This document shows, piece after piece, positions 16,940 through 20,000 of a DNA stretch of 20,000 nucleotides. Source of the stretch: an uncultured virus (IMG/VR IMGVR_UViG_3300020185_000029) (taxonomy: Duplodnaviria; Heunggongvirae; Uroviricota; Caudoviricetes). The notes under the pieces were generated by a model. The model made no database searches. It saw only the letters and a program-made list of their open reading frames with translations, and was not told where the DNA came from. A program made the translations under genes and the position numbers. The stretch lies in the IMG/VR virus record IMGVR_UViG_3300020185_000029, positions 58,183 through 78,182 of that record; one strand, given 5' to 3'. Within the stretch, counting starts at the first letter, position 1. Every line of letters starts with the position of its first letter.

Positions 16940-17215
16940 TTAAGAATAAGTTTTGATTATTGCTAATACGACTCTATTCGAAGATATGCCCTTTCTGTAC
17001 TTTTCGCACCCGCCATTTGGGCTTATAACTAACATACCTTCAGTTGGCGTATGATTCTTGTAAAGGATGTAATCCCCCTTATTTGCGTATATTGTTTTTT
17101 CGCTGGCAACTTCATGCTGCATATTTCCATTGTCACACAATATCTTGACAGCTTCTGTTTCTGGAGAGGCGAAAATAGAGAAGGGTAGTAGTAAAAAGAG
17201 TAGTAACTTGTTCAT
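16940..17215 (-). CDS. Small exported protein (Sec signal peptide)
   Basis: MNK-LLLFLLLPFSIFA/SPE has the n/h/c regions of a signal peptide. 91 aa. Confidence 0.6.
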   Translation of the reverse strand: MNKLLLFLLLPFSIFASPETEAVKILCDNGNMQHEVASEKTIYANKGDYILYKNHTPTEGMLVISPNGGCEKYRKGISSNRVVLAIIKTYS

Positions 17216-17292
17216 ACTTCATGATACTAAATGGGAGTACCTAAAAGAATACGGTGAATCACGTATTTTTTCACCTTTGTTACTGTATTAAC

Positions 17293-17320
17293 TTGACAAA
17301 CGGCCCTTTCAACCTATTAT
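17293..17320 (+). promoter_or_regulatory. sigma70-like promoter TTGACA-N16-TATTAT
   Basis: Perfect -35 at 17293-17298 and -10 at 17315-17320, upstream of the tRNA cluster. Confidence 0.55.
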
Positions 17321-17383
17321 GATGTGAATAGTTAAGGGACTGAGTGACTAAATAACATCATTCCAATTAATTAAAAAAAACAT

Positions 17384-17411
17384 TTGACATCAAAACAAAA
17401 AAATATAACTT
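17384..17411 (+). promoter_or_regulatory. sigma70-like promoter TTGACA-N16-TAACTT
   Basis: Perfect -35 at 17384-17389 with an A-tract upstream, and a weaker -10 at 17406-17411. Confidence 0.4.
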
Positions 17412-17427
17412 TCAAAATATAAATTTA

Positions 17428-17493
17428 TGTAGGCGGTATTCGGTCGGGCCTTTACGAATATCGAAAAGAGAGAGAGACTCGTTCCTACACCCA
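17428..17493 (+). ncRNA. Putative tRNA-like structured RNA ending in CCA
   Basis: TGTAGG/CCTACA closing stem followed by C-CCA. It has an internal 9-bp stem CGGTATTCG/CGAATATCG and a small hairpin GAG-AGAGAGA-CTC. It ends 5 nt upstream of tRNA-Arg. Confidence 0.4.
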
Positions 17494-17498
17494 TTTAT

Positions 17499-17575
17499 GC
17501 TCCGATAGCTCAGCTGGATAGAGCAACGGTTTTCTAAACCGTGGGTCGCAGGTTCAAGTCCTGCTCGGAGTACCA
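17499..17575 (+). tRNA. tRNA-Arg (anticodon TCT)
   Basis: Full cloverleaf: GCTCCGA/TCGGAGT acceptor, GCTC/GAGC D-stem, ACGGT-TTTCTAA-ACCGT anticodon arm, GCAGG-TTCAAGT-CCTGC T-arm, encoded ACCA. Confidence 0.96.
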
Positions 17576-17595
17576 ATTTAAAAACATTCAAAATA

Positions 17596-17671
17596 GGACG
17601 CATAGCTTAATGGTTAAAGCAGCGGATTCATAATCCGTTGAGTCTGGGTTCAAGTCCCAGTGGGTCCACCA
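17596..17671 (+). tRNA. tRNA with CAT anticodon, probably Ile2 (lysidine) rather than Met
   Basis: Cloverleaf: GGACGCA/TGGGTCC (one G:G mismatch), GCTT/AAGC, GCGGA-TTCATAA-TCCGT, CTGGG-TTCAAGT-CCCAG, ACCA. G1-C72 is paired and the three G-C anticodon-stem pairs of initiator tRNA are absent. C4-G69 is as in Ile2 tRNAs. Confidence 0.9.
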
Positions 17672-17682
17672 ATTTAAAAAAT

Positions 17683-17892
17683 ATGAAACTAGCAACAGCA
17701 TCATGGTGCGCTCCATGTAAAACATTAAAAGCCAGAATCGAGAGTTCTGACCTGAAAGTTGAATTCAAAGATATGGATGTTGATCCCAATTTCTTTATGC
17801 AGCACGGAATTAGGTCTGTACCTAGCTTGGTTACAGATACTGGAGAAGTTATTTTTGGTGCAGACGAAATCGCAGAGAAGCTAGGCCTATGA
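17683..17892 (+). CDS. Glutaredoxin/thioredoxin-like protein
   Basis: WCAPC active site and 'GIRSVPSL' cis-Pro motif. The start is corrected to the ATG at 17683 because the track's TTG start lies inside the tRNA. Confidence 0.88.
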   Translation: MKLATASWCAPCKTLKARIESSDLKVEFKDMDVDPNFFMQHGIRSVPSLVTDTGEVIFGADEIAEKLGL

Positions 17893-18353
17893 AAGTAAAA
17901 TTAAATCCAGACGAAGTAACTGTATGTCAAATCATTGGCAGGATGAGATCTCTTATTGCCAGAAGTGCTGGCGTAAAGGACGCAAAGATGGGAGATCAGG
18001 ATGGCTCCGAAGCTGACGTTATGGGACTTATGGCAGAGTACGCCTTCTCCAAGCATTTTAACACATTTCCAGACCTTGGTCTCACGCCAAGAAGTGGCAG
18101 TGAGGATGGCACTTATAAGGGGTATAGGTATGACATTAAGTCTACCAAATATAAGAACGGAAAACTGCTTTCAACCCTAAAGGTTAATGACGACGTAGAT
18201 ATGTATGTCCTTGCCACCGTCGAAGACAGCACTGTAACATTTCCAGGTTGGGCCTTTAAAAAGGACCTAATCAAAAAAGAAAATATTAAAAATCTTGGTC
18301 ATGGCGAAGGCTATTGTCTAGAACAAGGTCAATTGAGAAAATTTAAAGATTGA
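17889..18353 (+). CDS. PD-(D/E)XK-like putative nuclease
   Basis: 'GLMAEYAF...SEDG...YDIKST' matches the E...D...(D/E)xK restriction-endonuclease-like pattern. ATGA overlap with the upstream gene. Confidence 0.55.
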   Translation: MKVKLNPDEVTVCQIIGRMRSLIARSAGVKDAKMGDQDGSEADVMGLMAEYAFSKHFNTFPDLGLTPRSGSEDGTYKGYRYDIKSTKYKNGKLLSTLKVNDDVDMYVLATVEDSTVTFPGWAFKKDLIKKENIKNLGHGEGYCLEQGQLRKFKD

Positions 18354-18377
18354 CATTTGAAAAATAAGTGAAATAAT
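18350..18377 (+). promoter_or_regulatory. Possible sigma70-like promoter TTGACA-N16-AATAAT (with TGn extension)
   Basis: TTGACA at 18350-18355, TG at 18369-18370 and AATAAT at 18372-18377. The ATG at 18386 follows 8 nt later. Confidence 0.4.
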
Positions 18378-18385
18378 AACAAATT

Positions 18386-18622
18386 ATGAATATAGATATA
18401 ATCGCAGGTCTCCTGCACGAAGAAGCGTTAATCCTAACGGGTTTGGACGAATGCGTCCTAGGTCACGATGATGAGGGAGTTTTAATTTACTCATATAAGA
18501 AAATGTATGAGCATTTTAGTGAACAAATGAGTAGCGAAGAAGCCGTAGAGTGGATTGACTACAATGTAATGGGAGTTCAGGTAAATGGGAAGGGATTTAT
18601 CGTATGCTACGACCTAGAATAA
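18386..18622 (+). CDS. Small acidic hypothetical phage protein
   Basis: 78 aa. The 'GLDECVLG...YS...MSSEEAVEWIDYNVMG' pattern is typical of small conserved phage proteins. Confidence 0.75.
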   Translation: MNIDIIAGLLHEEALILTGLDECVLGHDDEGVLIYSYKKMYEHFSEQMSSEEAVEWIDYNVMGVQVNGKGFIVCYDLE

Positions 18623-19149
18623 TTGGCATCGCTGGCTTTGCCAGATCGGGCAAAGACACAGCCGCAAAAATCTTGCAGCAGAAATTTCTTCAGAACTGGG
18701 GAGAAGAAATGAAAATAATCTCCTTCGCCAAGCCACTGAAAGAAGATTGCGAACCCTTTTTCCAAAAACACTTTGGCATTTCGGCCTTCACCGAAATTTC
18801 ACTGGAAAAAGAACTCATTCGCCCCATGCTAGTAGAATATGGCCAAGCCATGAAGAAGAAGTTCGGCGACACCATATGGATGGACAAGGCTATCGCCGCT
18901 GTAGGCACTCGCGGCATTGTACCAGATGTTAGGTTTCCAATTGAAATTGATGCCATAAAAGGCATGGGTGGGACTATTGTTTATGTGGACAAAATTGGAG
19001 TGGCTGCAGCAAATGAGTTAGAGGAGAGGCATGATAAGGTCTTGAGGGATAAGGCCGATTATGTCATTCGATGGCCCCATTATGGGGACGTTCAGAGCTG
19101 CGAGGTTGATGTGGAGGGGTTTATGGAAAATTTCCCTGGGAGAAAATAG
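18604..19149 (+). CDS. Deoxynucleoside monophosphate kinase (T4 gp1/T5 dNK-like)
   Basis: P-loop IIGIAGFARSGKDTAA, 'SFAKPLKE', 'RPMLVEYG' and 'DVRFPIE'. Confidence 0.88.
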   Translation: MLRPRIIGIAGFARSGKDTAAKILQQKFLQNWGEEMKIISFAKPLKEDCEPFFQKHFGISAFTEISLEKELIRPMLVEYGQAMKKKFGDTIWMDKAIAAVGTRGIVPDVRFPIEIDAIKGMGGTIVYVDKIGVAAANELEERHDKVLRDKADYVIRWPHYGDVQSCEVDVEGFMENFPGRK

Positions 19150-19285
19150 AGGGTCGGGTTTTTTTGAGATTCCATATGAGAGGTCAATTCAATAGCGGGG
19201 TATAAAAGTCATTTTTCCCGTTTCGTAGCCTACAAGTTGGGTCCCCCACCGCTAAAAAAAAAATTATTTTTTTCTCGCAAAGCGC

Positions 19286-19315
19286 AAAAAGGGGGGGTAA
19301 CGCTAATTACCCCCC
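19286..19315 (-). terminator. Rho-independent terminator of the right-hand minus-strand unit
   Basis: The minus strand reads GGGGGGTAA-TTAGCG-TTACCCCCC-C-TTTTT, starting 6 nt after the stop at 19322. Confidence 0.85.
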
Positions 19316-19321
19316 GTTAGT

Positions 19322-19450
19322 TTATTCCGCGATGTGCCAGTTGCTTTGCTGAATATCTTGTGCCTCATCGTCTAGCTTTAATCCCGTGAGGAATATAATT
19401 GTTGCGATGAGTGCGACGAGAATTACTGCGAAGATGTCGAATGCTTTCAT
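19322..19450 (-). CDS. Small single-TM membrane protein (42 aa)
   Basis: Below the ORF-track cutoff: MKAFDIFAVILVALIATIIFLTGLKLDDEAQDIQQSNWHIAE*. It has an ATGA overlap with the upstream gene and is followed by a terminator. Confidence 0.65.
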   Translation of the reverse strand: MKAFDIFAVILVALIATIIFLTGLKLDDEAQDIQQSNWHIAE

Positions 19451-19776
19451 GACAGTTTAACGATCCCTTCTATCATGTCTTGCAGTTCCGATCCCTTGAT
19501 CGTGCAATCGACATCCTCACCTGCATTGTTAGTGCCGATGATCAAGACCTTTCCCATTAGAGGCTCTGGGTAGATCTCATCGTTGAACATCGTGCCATAC
19601 TCAGTGCCGTTGATCAGACCTTCGTCATCGACGTAGGCAACGTGCTTGCCATCTGGGAAGCGAACGCAAGTGAAGCATCGGCATCCGATCTTGCGCTGGA
19701 TGTCCTCGAAGCCATCAACTTCTGTTGGCATGATTGAGGATGTTTGTGGGTCGAGTAGTATAGCTTTAGTCTTCAT
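19447..19776 (-). CDS. DUF3846-like protein
   Basis: From the ATG at 19776 (MKTKAILLDP). 'FEDIQRKIGC...AYVDDEGLI...PLMGKVLIIGTNNAGE' fits the DUF3846 pattern recalled from phage/mobile proteins. Confidence 0.7.
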   Translation of the reverse strand: MKTKAILLDPQTSSIMPTEVDGFEDIQRKIGCRCFTCVRFPDGKHVAYVDDEGLINGTEYGTMFNDEIYPEPLMGKVLIIGTNNAGEDVDCTIKGSELQDMIEGIVKLS

Positions 19777-19827
19777 AGGTTTGATAAGGTAAGGTTGTTT
19801 GAGCTGAATTGCTCCCCTACAGACATG

Positions 19828-19855
19828 AAGGTATACCAACGGATAGGGTCGTCAA
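19828..19855 (-). promoter_or_regulatory. sigma70-like early promoter TTGACG-N16-TACCTT
   Basis: -35 at 19855-19850 and -10 at 19833-19828, about 50 nt upstream of the ATG at 19776. Confidence 0.45.
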
Positions 19856-20000
19856 TGGCTAAATGAAGAAAAACGAATCTTTTTTTCATGCCATAGGCGA
19901 GCAGCGTTGCCTTGATATCAAGGTAACATAGTGAACAAGTGATCAGTTTCTAACGATCAGTATGATCACGATTATAAAGGCTAGTATCAGCATGTGCGTA

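Noticed and set aside
17412..17603. 63-aa minus-strand ORF
   Set aside because: It is the antisense translation of tRNA-Arg (the 'AGLEPATHGLENRCSIQLSY' artefact).
18690..18965. Alternative ORFs inside the dNMP kinase gene (18690-18965 minus, 18747-18932 plus)
   Set aside because: These are shadow frames in a locally GC-richer gene whose main frame has clear kinase motifs.
1..20000. Alternative genetic code, CRISPR array, integrase/transposase, tail sheath
   Set aside because: Genes tile densely under code 11 with TAA, TAG and TGA all used as stops. No direct-repeat/spacer array or recombinase motifs were seen, and no sheath-sized gene lies between the neck and the tail tube in this window.

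Overview
This window is part of a tailed dsDNA phage (Caudoviricetes) genome in the standard genetic code, with almost no Shine-Dalgarno signals. The minus strand from about 17215 to 1 carries three blocks. The first is a small cluster of probable late genes. The second is a translationally coupled operon: Zn-ribbon protein, phage sigma factor, putative TerS, ERCC4-type nuclease, TerL. The third is the head/neck/tail module: portal, protease-scaffold, decoration protein, major capsid, four connector genes and a truncated major tail protein. The plus strand from 17284 to 19149 has sigma70-like promoters, tRNA-Arg(TCT), a tRNA(CAT) that is probably Ile2, a glutaredoxin-like protein, a PD-(D/E)XK-like protein and a dNMP kinase. 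A convergent, more GC-rich minus-strand unit lies at the right end. The strongest unannotated signal is a bipartite motif, TTCNCAA-N14-TGTAWW, found at fixed spacing before the structural genes. It often sits only 13-16 nt from the ATG (leaderless geometry), and one copy lies inside the protease gene before the scaffold Met. It is the likely target of the Cys4-containing phage sigma factor. Other oddities are two CCA-ending non-tRNA stems in the tRNA cluster, a LAGLIDADG-like protein that looks catalytically dead, and an ERCC4 nuclease between the terminase genes. All protein calls come from motif recognition and synteny by eye; no database search was run.
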